Shown one piece after another: positions 51,656 through 64,000 of a stretch of 64,000 nucleotides of DNA (position 1 is the first letter of the stretch; every line of letters begins with the position of its first letter). Below the pieces are notes generated by a model that was not told the DNA's origin, did no database searches, and saw nothing but the letters and a program-made list of their open reading frames with translations. The DNA is from Kudoa neothunni (Eukaryota; Animalia; Cnidaria): assembly GCA_964304625.1 (NCBI GenBank), contig OZ199840.1, forward strand, positions 1,900,532-1,964,531. The letters run 5' to 3'. Position numbers and translations under genes: made by a program.

Positions 51656-54136
51656 CCCTCTAATGGGCTTGGGGTCTTTTAGACCCCAAAACGATTTTAA
51701 TTTGTCCATAGAATCTTTTATAATTATCTGGGATACTTAAAATTTCGTCAATTCTCCTAAATTATTTTAATAAATAGATTTATAAAAATCTTTATGTGGA
51801 ATATTGATTATTTCTTATCGAACAAAATTTTTATCTTCTAACGGGCTTTGAGGTAAAAAAGACCCCAGATTTTTTTTGATTTGACGTATGTAGAAAATTA
51901 TTATAAGATGATTTGGAAATTTAAAAAAAAATCTGCCTAATAAATACTGTCAAATTCAGCAATTATTAATCAATATAATCCGCCGTAATCCGATTAAGTA
52001 TGTAATCGCAACATATCGTAACCATCGTTTATATGAATACCGCAAGGTCAATGTTTATTAGCTAAATACAAACAAAATTAACATATTACCTCCGTGTACT
52101 AGCAATAAATAATCCCCTACAAAATAAGCTATAGATAATTTAAGCCTTAGGACCGTATATGAGAGTTAACGCGAAATATACACCAATTTTATCGTTTGTT
52201 GCGCACATTGAGATAATCATGGCACCATCTGAGGATTTTAGCGATGAATATCAACCTTTAAGTAGCGACATTGATGAAACCGTTCTTGAATATTCCGAAG
52301 AATCCGATGATACATCAGATTGCGAACAACCTGCGGATTCTACGACAAGCAAAAGCGGAATACTTTGGACATTGAATAAGCCACCTCCATCAAAAATGCT
52401 GAAGGAGAATATCATGAATCCTCGACCTGGGCCAACAGCTTATTGCATACAAAGAGTCAAAAACGTGTTGGACTGTTTTTTTATATTCTTCACTGATGAA
52501 ATTTGCCAGGAAATAATAAAACAAACAAACAAACGTTCACGGGAAATTACACTTTTCTGATTTATGGAATGATTTAGACGACGTTGAATTAAGAGGATTT
52601 TTCGGAACACTAATTTTGATGGCTGTCTACAAAGACAGAGAGCAACCTCTTTTAGAAATGTTTAGTATAAAGGAAGGGAGAGAGATGTATCGCGAAATCT
52701 TTTCATTTAATCGTTTTCGCCAAATTCTACGATGTATTCATTTTGATAATCCAAGCACCAGATCTGAAAGAAGAGAATTGGATAAATTTTGTCCAATTCG
52801 CAACATATGGATCCAGACTCTACCTATATGTTTTTTCCCCGGTGAAAATGTCACCGTTGACGAGCAGTTAGTCTCGTTTAGAGGAAGATGCTCATTTAGA
52901 CAATATATGCCGATGAAGCCGGCGAAATATGGCCTAAAGTTTTTCCTAGCAGTCGATCCAGTCCACAAATATGTTGTAAACATTTCTCCCTATCTAGGAA
53001 AGAGCGGAACTCAAGCTAGCCAAAACTATGGTGTTGGTGAGAATATTGTGCTTTCCTTTACAGCTCCCTTGTATAACTCAGGAAGAACTATAGTTGCAGA
53101 TAATTTTTTCTCTTCCCTTAGACTAGCCGAGAAGCTGTTAGACAAACGTCTGACATATCTTGGAACAATTCGACACAATAAGAGAGATTTACCACCGTGT
53201 GTTCTTCCGTCTAGAAATCGTTCCTTATTCAGCACTATGTTTATATTTTTTGATAAATATATGATCACTTCATATGTCAACAAAAAAAGAAGAGCAGTGA
53301 TTCTCCTATCCTCAGGAACAACCAACACCAACATAACCAACGATACACATAAACAAAAGCCTGAAACAATAGTGGATTATAATGGTTCCAAAGGAGGAGT
53401 AGATACCGTGGATCGGATGTTGGCTTCCGTTTCGGTCCGCAGATTTAATCGACGCTGGCCCATGGTGGTCTTTTATAATATGTTGGATTTGACTTTGATA
53501 AATTCATTTTGTCTATATAAACACATATTTAACGATTCCACAAAATTGAGACGTGATTTTCTGAAAGAAATGGCTGGAGAGTTGTATAAACCTCTTTTGG
53601 AGAGAAATTCCCAAATGAAAAAATGTTCAAAAAGATCTCATTCAACTTCTATGGAAACATACAACTTTGCAGATTCAAATACTTCTAAACGAAGATGTGA
53701 ACATTGTCCTCGTGAAAACGATAAGAAAACCTCATCCAAATGCTCAAAATGTGGAAGTTTCTACTGTCGCGCCCATTCGTCAAATAAATGTCTAAATTGC
53801 TAGCTAATATAAACCAAATTTATTAGGGACCCTTGAAAATATTTTATCTTTTATTTTTTACTAAAATGTTATTTTTCATTATTTCAAATAAGACTAAACA
53901 TATTATACGTTATAAAAACGATTTATCGCGATATCTGCTTAATCTTGCCGAGAGGATTACTGAAGATTAATTATGAAGTAATTGATTATTTTCTCAGCGT
54001 TACTTAGGCAGAATTTTCCCATATTTCCCTCATAAGTTTATAATAATTTTCTGCATACATTAAATTAAAAAAAATCTGGGGTCTTTTTTACCCCAAAGCC
54101 CGTTGGAGGGTGGTCGTTTTTTCATCCGTTGGATGG
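51656..54136 (+). mobile_element. Full-length piggyBac transposon
   Basis: TTAA TSDs at 51652-51655 and 54137-54140, CC...GG termini, and subterminal repeats at about 51656, 51835 and (inverted) 54075. Confidence 0.92.
52219..53803 (+). pseudogene. piggyBac transposase with one frameshift (about 526 aa if repaired)
   Basis: TVDEQL, YMPMKPAKYGLK, VADNFF, GTIR.N, YN..KGGVD, RRWP and a C-terminal Cys-rich domain. Frameshift at (AAAC)4, 52519-52534. Confidence 0.9.
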
Positions 54137-54376
54137 TTAAATTTTATTTCGATTTTATTGAAATTACGTGTAGATAAATGTTCTATTATCCGGAAATCGG
54201 AACAACTATTTAATCATAGTTCCGAATAAAAGTGCTCCCAATCGCTGTACGACGTATATAATGTAGCCTGTACATAATAATGCAATATTTAAAACAAAAA
54301 TATTGATAGGATAATCCTTTATATAAATATATATATATCCTACTATATAAAGTAGTAGTGTCGTCATGTGTGTGTC

Positions 54377-54936
54377 TAGGGTTGCCAGAGTTTGGGTTTT
54401 TTTTCAATTAATACAAAATATTTGGTTTTTATTTAAAACCTGTAAACATTAAAGAATAACAAGATTTTTTTTATGTACGCCATTGATATTTATATTTTTA
54501 ATGAAGTATCCTATTCAGATTATATCATGCAGAAGCGCTTCCCAACTAAAATTTGACTCAAAATTTCTCGAAAATTATTTTCTGCTGTGATCGAATCTCG
54601 CACCCCAAAGCCACAGTTCACACTCTTAGGGGTGCGGGAACCACTCTCATGCGAGGTTTAAATATTTTGGATATTGAACTACAGCACATTATTAGAAAAT
54701 TTGAACGCTCTTTCAAAATATATTTTGAATTATGAGGTAATTAATTATGAGTGAGTGTTCGTGCCAAAACATCGCAATCATACAAAAATAAACTTAACTC
54801 TAATATCTGAAGACGTAATTATAGAATCGAAAGAAGATTAAAAACTCTAATAGATACGATTCTATTTTTTGATTGTACTTTAAACTGGCGTTAATTTAGA
54901 AGTTGGATTTTTTCTAAAACCCCGCTGGCAGCCCTG
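54377..54936. mobile_element. Second copy of the TAGGGTTGCCA/CAGGGCTGCCA MITE family
   Basis: TIRs tagggttgccag ... ctggcagccctg, flanked by near-identical gtgtgtgt/gtgtgtgc, and homologous to 15133-15325. Confidence 0.7.
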
Positions 54937-56007
54937 GTGTGTGCCTTAAGTACGCACGTACGGCAAAAAATTTCCCCCAAGATAGATATTTATGTAATTT
55001 CTAGTATTTTAAGATAATTTAAAAATTCTCTCACTTGTTATTACACTGATCAAAGTTCAAAATTAATGTAGGAAGTTACGTTGTCCTCGATGTTAGGTTC
55101 GTTATGCGGAATACGTGGTTTCAATAGTAGGATTATATTTGTTTATTCATGGCGACGTTTATCTATACTGAACGTCTGCAAGTTGTTATGGACGTTTTTA
55201 GTGGTTCAATCTTAAGCTATATTTCTACGATTTCAAGATACATCTTATATCGTTGTTCTATCTGTAAATTTAAAGTAGATGTGTCCGTTTGGATGTGTGC
55301 TTAAATACACTCCTTATTTTTGGAACTTTAATATATTTGGATTGATAGATACACTTAAGAGTTCCGTAGATGACATTTAATATAGAAAAAATATGCAAAC
55401 TTGCTAAATTAATGAAGAATTAGAAGTGTATGTTGTAATCAGATGGATTCAATCCTTACATACTGAAACTAGGTCCCCAAATTCCATTATAATGACCGGT
55501 AGACTTAATTTTTAGCGATAAGAGTTAATGTATAGATTGAAATCTTACTTTATCTAATTATTTAACATATTTTCGTCAAAATTAAGAAGCCACACAACAG
55601 TTTTAAGGAGAGAGTGTATAGAAATGTGTCGGATAAAGATATTAATTTGAGCAACAAAAATTACAGTCAAACCTTGATATTGCGAAGTAAATCGGGGATT
55701 CAATTTTACTACGTAATACAAAATTAGCACGCAATATCGAATAATATACGTTTTTGTTTATTTAAAATTTTTTTTCTTTACAATAATTTTATAATATTAG
55801 CATTAATGTATGTAATATATTCTCCAATTTAATTAAAATAGAACAAATACAAGATATATTGGGCTACTAGGCAACACCGAGGCACGACTCTATTATTATT
55901 ATTATTATTATTCATGTATATATTTCAATTCAATTCATTTCGCGAAAGAAATATATAATTTTAAATAAAGTTAACTAGGTTTATAACGTTATATTTTATT
56001 TAATCAA

Positions 56008-56989
56008 CTATCTAGAACATCGTGTCTGCTGTATAAGCACAGGTAAAATTGTGCTCAACTCAAACTCAACGAACAGAGCATTTTTCCCACGAAACAAAGG
56101 CGCAAACTAACTATTATTTTGACAAATAGGTTTATATACAGGCAAATTCAAAGAACTATCTACGATATAACGCTCAAGCTCACCAGTGAATTTAATAAAA
56201 AGATATCTTGATGGAATTTTGTATGTAAAAGGGAATAAAAATAGCTTTACACATTAGTGGAATAAGTTATATAATATGTTAGCCATTCTCTAAAATATAA
56301 TATTGAATTTTAAAACGCAAGGTGGTTTTCATCATTTATAGATGATACAAAGCGTTCATCATCCTAAAATGACATTTTGAATCTCTGGACAAACACAGGC
56401 ACGAAATAAACACAACAACCATTAGATTACGGCGAAATTAATGCACTAACACCAGTATGAATAAAAGACAACGAAAATTAGATTATAGAAAATTTAGCGC
56501 ACGGACACGACACGATTGAGCAAGTATCGAGTATCGATTGGAAGTCTCTATGTATTCGCATGCGCGTACATCACCCACCCATAATTAGAAATTGAAAAAT
56601 CCATCTGGAGTCAATTTTAGACCAAATTCATTTCCAGTCACAAAATTCAAATAAGCTAATAAACTTGAAGCTGAATTAACTTAAAAATCTACAATACATT
56701 TAATCCACAACTAATATTGACGTGGAACAATAAGCATTCAACAGGCTAATGTTTTATCTAATTGGCGTGAAAAAACCATTTCAATACCCGTTAAATAGAA
56801 TTAACATTTGTTGTAATTCAGGGAAAAACACCACAAAACATTAATCGCCATCGTGATAAATCGGACTTTAGCGTCATGTACTAAATGATATTTATAGACA
56901 TGTCGGTATATTCTGGAATTGGATATTTCCTACAGTTATAATACATAATACGATTTTTCATAGATTTTTAAGTTTTCAAGATTTTCCAT
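56008..56989 (-). CDS. Putative small-exon gene of unresolved identity, divergent from VHL
   Basis: ATG at 56989 (MENLENLKIYEK), followed by several short stop-free segments bounded by GT/AG, e.g. SSLLAYLNFVTGNEFG and DDERFVSSINDENHLA/YFYSLLHTKFHQDIFLLNSL. Absent from the ORF track. The exon chain is not uniquely determined. Confidence 0.4.
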
Positions 56990-57030
56990 TGATGAAATAA
57001 CACTGGGCGGAGAGTGGTTTTATAATTATT

Positions 57031-57040
57031 CGCATGCGCA
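57031..57040. promoter_or_regulatory. NRF1-like motif (TGCGCATGCG on the - strand) in the putative bidirectional promoter
   Basis: cgcatgcgca lies between the two divergent starts; it matches the NRF1 consensus YGCGCAYGCGCR in part. Confidence 0.35.
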
Positions 57041-57306
57041 AACAACAAATTAATCTAAATAACTTCGTTTGGCGATTTGTTTTTGAGGTTGAGAGGACGG
57101 TGTTTAAGATATCTGACGTATTTTTGGAATTCTAAACTATAAATAATACTAAATTTCGACATAATATGTGTATTGTCTTGTCATAGCTTTAACGCATCGT
57201 CTAACCCATAATCGTTATTATGCGATTTTAACTGCGAAATTTAGATATATTTGTTAATAACGCAGTTTCTTTTACCATTAATTTTTCCCTTTAGCAAACT
57301 CTAAAT

Positions 57307-57846
57307 ATGTCAGACCCATTGAAAGTGGAATTTGTCAACCGAACCTCAGAAAATATTATATTGATTTGGCTTAAGAGGGAAAAAGAGCGTTATCTGTATG
57401 TGGATATAGGTCCATCGAAGTCGGCTAGAATAATCACATACATTGGACACACTTGGATAGCAGTGGATAAGAAATATGGCCGGAAATTGGCATTTTACGA
57501 ATGGCGAACCGACAAAAATGTTTTCCAATTGATTATTGATTAAAAATTTATTGCCAATAGGACAACACATTTAAATATTACGTCACCAATAAAAATCTTC
57601 AATATACGGTCACAGCAAAATGCAAGGTTGGCCAGTATCACACAATCTACGTGTGTAACCCAAGTATTGATCTTAAAAGTGGCTGTTGAATCTATTGTTT
57701 TAGTTAAAAAACTAGAAAGTCTCTGCATTGAACATTTGATCGACTGTATGAAAATCACCGAGGACCCCGAGGAGTTTCATAAATTGTACCCATTGTTGCA
57801 ACGGAATCTCTACAAATACTGCAAGAATAATAGATATTATATGTAG
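57307..57846 (+). CDS. VHL: von Hippel-Lindau protein homolog, 3 exons, about 152 aa (may have an extra 5' exon)
   Basis: VEFVNRT..IWL..Y...ITYIGHTW (beta domain). Introns 57520-57560 and 57664-57703 remove the TAA and give the BC box NPIKKLESLCIEHL. Confidence 0.85.
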
Positions 57847-57954
57847 TTCGAACGATAGTTTGGGTTAGCAGTCGATGTTTATAGTTTATATTTTTTATTT
57901 TTTGAGATTTGATTTTATTGTGATAAACGCGCGCACAATTTAGCATTAAATGTG

Positions 57955-60907
57955 ATGGATAGTCGCAGACGACCTGTTGAAAATAATGCAAAGCTTGAAG
58001 AAATCGATTCTGCGGATGAATTGAATCCGGGCGAGCGCTTAGACCAGGAACTCGAAAATAAGGCTAAAAAATTTAATATGACTGCTATTCAAGTGCGATC
58101 GTTGCTCTATGTAATTAATGCTCTCTTTAATCTAAACATTGATTTTCCTTGTTTTCATTAAAGAATGTATTGCGCGATAAAAGAGTGATTACACTAGCTC
58201 AGGCGAAAGCTAGGGAAATACCGTCGTCCAATGAGAATGACGCCACGAATAACACATCCGAGCTTTTACAGCTATTAGAATTAGATCTTCCTGTGTGTGA
58301 CTGTTACAATTCTAGATTTGGTTGCTTGTTGATTTGAATGTGGTTTTAGTTTACCCGTCTCAGAAGTAGAAAACAACTCCATAAAACAGCTGATGAAGAT
58401 CAGGCGAGCAGTGAGGATGCTTCTTATGAGCCTTCTGAAAGGTCCAGTGTGTGTGAGGACGATGAGGAATACAGTGACACCGAGTATGACAGTGATACAA
58501 AAGATGAAGACCAGTTTGAGAGTTCCGGTGGTTTGAACGATGACGATAAACTTTCATTGAATATGGATGAAAATTCTTATACTGAACCAATAGTGATTGC
58601 TGACAACAACTACTCATTTTTGGAACAACAAAAAAGTATACAAGAATCTCAGAAGGCCTGGAAAAGTTGGATATTTGAGGTACAGGAGGACACGTTGAAT
58701 CTGAATCCTAGCGAATTTGGTAAATTGTCGCGGTCTCATAACACCGCCAACTCTTCAGTTAATGCGGAAGTCGCGAATACTTCAAATGACATAGCGGAAG
58801 GTGTAAACAAAGATACAGAAATTCAATTTGGGTTGGAGGATGATGAGGATGAAGAAGATGAAGATTTTATTTATGATATGGATGAATTGGATGACGATGA
58901 TGACGAGGAATATCGCCAAGACAAAGCTGTGAGAGTTTCCAAGAAAGAATATTTGAAATTAATGGAAACAACCGAAGATCATATCGACGTGGATATAAAC
59001 TCGTTTTTTATGCTTGCTAGTGAAAAATTGGCCCCGAATATTCCCAAGGTTACAACTTCACCAGCTCAACCGTTGTACACTGGTGCCACCGTGCAACCTG
59101 ACCCCAACCGCACCGATCCAAACATTGATATCAATATCACGTTGGATGATAACCAGCGTAACACTATCAAACTACTGCTGCAACAGCATGTTGTACTGTT
59201 GACCACAATGTGCATTCAAAGCAGTTTGTTTGAGGAATTGACTGAAATTTCCGAATCTACACGTGGTTTACTGGAGGAATTTGTTCATTTTATGCCAAAA
59301 TCTACAGCACAAAATGACAATCTAACCGCTCCACCCTCTTCCAACGATTCCATTGGTTGGTTGGCTGTAAACGCGTTCTCCAATATTGGCGCGGAACAGG
59401 CCCTACAGACTATAAACACATGGAATAAACTCAGAGAAAACAAGGGAGTGCCAGTGGCTTTTGATGACCGCCTAAAACGGATTCATCAGTGTAAAATGTG
59501 TAATATACACGAAAAACATTGCGTTGGTGGTGTGTTCAATATTCCACATCTTTACACTATGGATTATCCTCCGCTGCCGTTGAAAATGATATCGTTTTTT
59601 ATGTTGGATCCATTTTTCGGTAAATTTCCACAATTGCTTCCTCGAGTCTCAGCCAACAATCTTGAAAATATTAAACAACGACATTTTCTACCGATAAACA
59701 CCGTGAGAAAAGCTGCCAAAACCAATATAGCTACAAATATAGCTACAGCAACCGATTTGGGCACATTTTCAAAGGATAGACATAGACTGGAAATGTCCAC
59801 CTACAGATCCAACGTTAAATACACATCCTCCGAAGATTTCCTCATTATTCTCGGCTACTACCAATGGGACAACAGTTGGCCGACTATCCAACTGAATCTA
59901 CTGCCAACTCGTAACTATACTCATATGAGAGCCAGATTCTACAACCACACACGTTCCATGAAAATACCCAACGGTGATATTTTCAACCTCCCAACTTCAC
60001 ACATCATCCAAAAATTGAATAATCCCACATTATTATCGCAAGACAATATAGTCAATAATTGCTCTCTGTATTTTCGCAATGATGTCAACCGAAGTACCCC
60101 ACATCTGGCAAGATGGATTTACGAATCTAAAATTGCTGGACTCCTGGAATTTGTTCACGTGAAGGACGCTCTGAATTTAACCTACTTCACTGCTGATAAC
60201 TCCGATGAGAACTATCACAGTAGATATTCCGTGATATCTCTCAATAATTTGGTTGGTTGTATCAATGTAACTGCCGACAAAAATACTCAACTCAGAAAGT
60301 ACTCGATGGGCACTACACTCTTACCTTTTGTGAGCCAAATTGTTGATCCACTCAAACCTAACTCCCGTTTCCCAAATAAACGTTTTCAAAATTTGGACGA
60401 ATGCTATCAGTTCTATGAGAACAAAATCTCTCAATTAACAGATGGGCAATCGCCTGCAAACAATCTCACACATGGAAATGTTGGAAGATTCTCTAAACTA
60501 GACCAACTGATGGATAGATGTGAGGTGAGATGAGATCCATCTCATTTTATTGTGATATATAATCAATTTCTAATTCTAATATCCGGTCTAGTTTAAGAAT
60601 GAGATTTTTTCTCTTGTTAACTATATCAATTGGTTGAAGGAAGTAATTTTTAGTGAAAACTGATCAATAATGACAATGTGTTTAATGTTGAAGTCTGAGG
60701 ATCGCCATCAAGATGCAGTTAATCTTGTTCATTTTATGACTGGCTCAATATGTGTGATGGATAAAGTCTTTCTTCATAATGAAGTTCTTTTAATATGTTG
60801 TGACTGTAGGTTCGTTTTTGGACGATCTATCTTCAAGATTACAAAAATATTCAACTGCTTCAAGTGATATTCTTTTTATAGTTAATCGTCCAAATATTTA
60901 TATTTGA
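57955..60907 (+). CDS. GON4L: GON-4-like/YY1AP-domain transcriptional cofactor, multi-exon, 3' end approximate
   Basis: LENKAKKFNMTAIQVRSLLY/NVL, FTRLR, acidic tract, DDEEYRQDKAVRVSKKE, LLQQHVVLLT and Myb-like YTSSEDFLIILGY..LLPTR. Confidence 0.82.
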
Positions 60908-62509
60908 GGATTATTAAACTATTAAAAAATTTAATTTTAGTAAAATAATTATATTTTGATTAATTCTCATCCTTATATGTTTAATTAATGAATAATCTAT
61001 AAGTAGACGATTTACTTTAGTTCCTTGTTTGTATTGATATTAATACAGTTCAAACTGCACTAATATCGTTAATCCTTTAAAAATTAATTTTCCACGTAAA
61101 TTAGACGAGCAGGCTTACAAGAAAGGAACGAAAATATGTTTATTGGGAAAATGTTGTTTTCTCGTGCGTATTCATTACTAGTGTAGTTTCATCTGAAATA
61201 TATTTGGAATTTATCGGTTAATTACCCATCTATAAAACAAAAAAAATTGATTTGAGTAAACATAAATTAAAATATTCTTATTAATTATGATAGATTTATT
61301 CTATTGTTTATAACGTTTTAATATTTTTATAAAGTTCCTAGCTGGTCATTTTAGGCCAAATTATAGAATGAGGTCGATCTCGACGTTCTTATTTTCCAAA
61401 TAAAAGTTGTTAATCTAATGTTGGATATTCGAATATGCTTAAAATACCGAATGAATGGATTATGCCTAATTCTGGGTTAAATCTATACTGAATGAAAACG
61501 TTAGCGTATTCATTTTTGACATGCTCCTGGGAACAACGGCCGAAAGATGAAATAATTGCGCACATGCCTTTTGATTGATTGAAATCCGGATGAAAAATTT
61601 TTGTTTTATTTCATCACACTATAATTATACAAGCTAATTTTTATTCAAAAGTGAATCATTTATATCAAACTGTTGTTAAATTTAAAAGAAAAATCTGGTG
61701 TCCAAATGGACGCCTCTTTTTTATTCGGAAGACGTTCTAATTATAAACTTTTGCTGAAATGTTTCAATAAATATATAATAATATGATAGAAGAAAGGAGA
61801 AAGTGTGGGCTAAATTAATTAATTTATTTTTGAGAAATGAGTTGTAATTTTTCATGGAGTCCAAATGGAAGCGATTTTTTCGAAAGGTTAAAGAAAATGA
61901 ATTACCGCGCTTGTTCATAAACGTTCTTCTCAATTATTTATTTTTCATCTATTATTAATGTTGGTTCATTTTAATATAATAAATAAATAAATAATATTCG
62001 ACAAAATTATAATTCCACATTGAGTGTATGTAGTTTTATTTGCACTTTAGAACAGCCGAATAATTTTTCCCTTCTAAATTTGTTGAAACATAATTATCTT
62101 AATTTAATAAAAATAAAAAAATTGAATTTTAAATTATATTGAAATTAATTGTTTAAATCTATTTTTATATCAAGGGCTCAATTTAATCGCGAATAAACAT
62201 TAAGTCAATTTGAATACACTTCTAGAACGGATTATGGTCAAGTCCGAGATTGCATTGTATTGAACTATAAACCTTTTTAAAAAGCAATATGACTGCTCTA
62301 AAATTTGATGTAGTTTGTTGGATTCGGCCCACTAAAAACGATACTACCGATGTATATAGAATTAACCTTATATATCAAACGTACCCTCGCTTCTTAATCC
62401 CTCCCAACTCTTATTTACGGAGTTTTGTCTATTTAATATTTTTTAACATATCATACTCAATAATTTATTATGAATCTCTGTGCTCCTAAGTGCATAATTT
62501 TCTCATCAA

Positions 62510-63165
62510 CAATCGAACCTCGATTATCCGGAAATCGCGTCATCCGGAAGTTATTTTAAATTTTCTTTGGGTTCTATTGAGATTAAATGTCGATAAATGT
62601 TCGATTCTCCGGCATCTCGGTAACCAGAACAACAATTTCTTCATCATTTTTTATCAAAAGCATCACCAATCACCTTACCACGTATATACGTATATACATA
62701 CATATCCACATATACAATGTAGCATATATACCAATGCAATATTTAACACAAAAATATGTATAGATTAATTATTTACAAGTTTCTCTTGTAAAAACTTACG
62801 TTAAGCGTTCAATTCTTATAGAAATTAATATTATATTGAACGTATGTTTATATGCAGTTAAAAAAATTAATTACGGATTATTTAAAAAAATGGATCACTT
62901 CTCTGTAAATGTGTTTTCTTCCATAATTATGTACTGTTTTTCTTGTAGGTCTCCATATTTTAGTTAAGAGACATTTCAATATTTTTAGTTCAAGTTGCAG
63001 GAGTTAAATTATTTTACACAACAATTAGTGAAAAATGTTCATCAATCAAATAAACAATTGTTTAAGTGGAAATTTCAAAAAATGTGCGCAAATGTGACAT
63101 AATGTTTGATTATCCGGAAGGAAAACCTCGTGTCCCAAATTTCCTGGATAACCGAGGTTGGACAG
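62510..63165. mobile_element. Tigger/pogo-type MITE
   Basis: Inverted ends caatcgaacctcgattatccgga ... tcctggataaccgaggttggacag, followed by TA. Confidence 0.65.
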
Positions 63166-63389
63166 TACAATAAAAACTGAACACATAGAAAGGAATATAC
63201 TTAGACCAATATAGCATTCGAAAAATTGAAAGCACCAATAAACATTTAACTATTTAATTAATTTTTCTCGATATATTAGGGATTATTTAATTTATACTAT
63301 GATGTAAATATTGTATTAATTTTAACCCATAGAGATAATCTAAAAAAATTTCCGAAATACGATTGTGTTTTTTATATTTTTGATTGTAG

Positions 63390-63995
63390 GAGAATTTTGA
63401 TGAAGCAACTGTCGATAAATTGCTTCAACTTGTATCCAATATGCGAAATATAAATGTAAGAGAATAAGTGAGATACATGTATATGACTTTAAAATTAGAT
63501 GGAGCAATTAATAACGAAGTGCGATATTGACTGGACCGAATATTCCAACATACCATTTAAATCCAGCCGATTAGAACCTTCAATATTTGAATTGTATTTA
63601 GTTATAAATAATAGCGTTTGTTTGTGAAAGAATGGGGAAATATTTAGAATAAGAGAATTCATAAAAGGTGATTTGTATTGCAAAGTGGATGACGAGAAAA
63701 TAAAGGGAAGAAAAATATACGAAGATTTTGCGAATAATCGCGAAGATTACAATTCTTTTGGTATTGAGGCTGGTCCTCAAATAAACAACACAAGTCAACC
63801 ACTAGAGCGTTCCAATAATTTGGTAGAGGAGAATTATGAATTTTTAAAATTTTGCGATGACAATTCTCGATCGATGAGCGATGTTAGAACTGAGATTGGG
63901 TTAGAAATGGCTGATTTGCGGCATCCAACGAATCCTGTTATGTTTAATCTTATAAAACGAATTCGACCATCGAATAGGTTGATTAAATGGGAAGC
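63390..63995 (+). CDS. Partial multi-exon hypothetical gene running off the window
   Basis: Exon-like segments ENFDEATVDKLLQLVSNMRNIN|gtaag, MEQLITKCDIDWTEY.. and the 108-aa ORF ending at a gtaag donor (63996). Confidence 0.5.
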
Positions 63996-64000
63996 GTAAG

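Noticed and set aside
56738-56740. Possible Cys-Sec (TGT TGA) in the hidden gene
   Set aside because: Alternative splice paths avoid the TGA and no convincing SECIS is visible.
57541-57543. In-frame TAA between two same-frame VHL ORFs, suggesting readthrough or an altered code
   Set aside because: Two canonical introns (41 and 40 nt) remove it and give a better VHL alignment.

Overview
AT-rich eukaryotic (metazoan) genomic DNA. Compact, fast-evolving genes with mostly 39-65 nt GT-AG introns sit in slightly GC-richer islands, separated by AT-rich stretches full of decayed DNA transposons. A reduced parasite such as a myxozoan is a plausible source, but that is inference only. Hand-spliced genes: a 10-exon, about 836-aa surface protein built from Cys-rich FN3-like modules with micro-exons (10-3000, -); a USP20/33-like deubiquitinase; an orphan secreted protein; a CPEB2-4/Orb2-type protein with a single-exon CDS; NOP16; a divergent importin-beta-like HEAT protein; TRM1; synaptojanin; a hidden small-exon gene head-to-head with VHL; VHL; GON4L; and a partial gene at the right edge. 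Mobile DNA: a near-intact piggyBac broken by one (AAAC) repeat unit, piggyBac relics, an intron-containing pogo/Tigger with its MITEs, MULE and hAT pseudogenes, hAT-type MITEs and Merlin-like long-TIR elements, some nested. The best candidate for an undescribed system is the modular 4-Cys FN3-like surface antigen with frame-symmetric exons and an upstream palindrome. All checked introns are canonical, and I saw no evidence of a variant genetic code, tRNA/rRNA or CRISPR.
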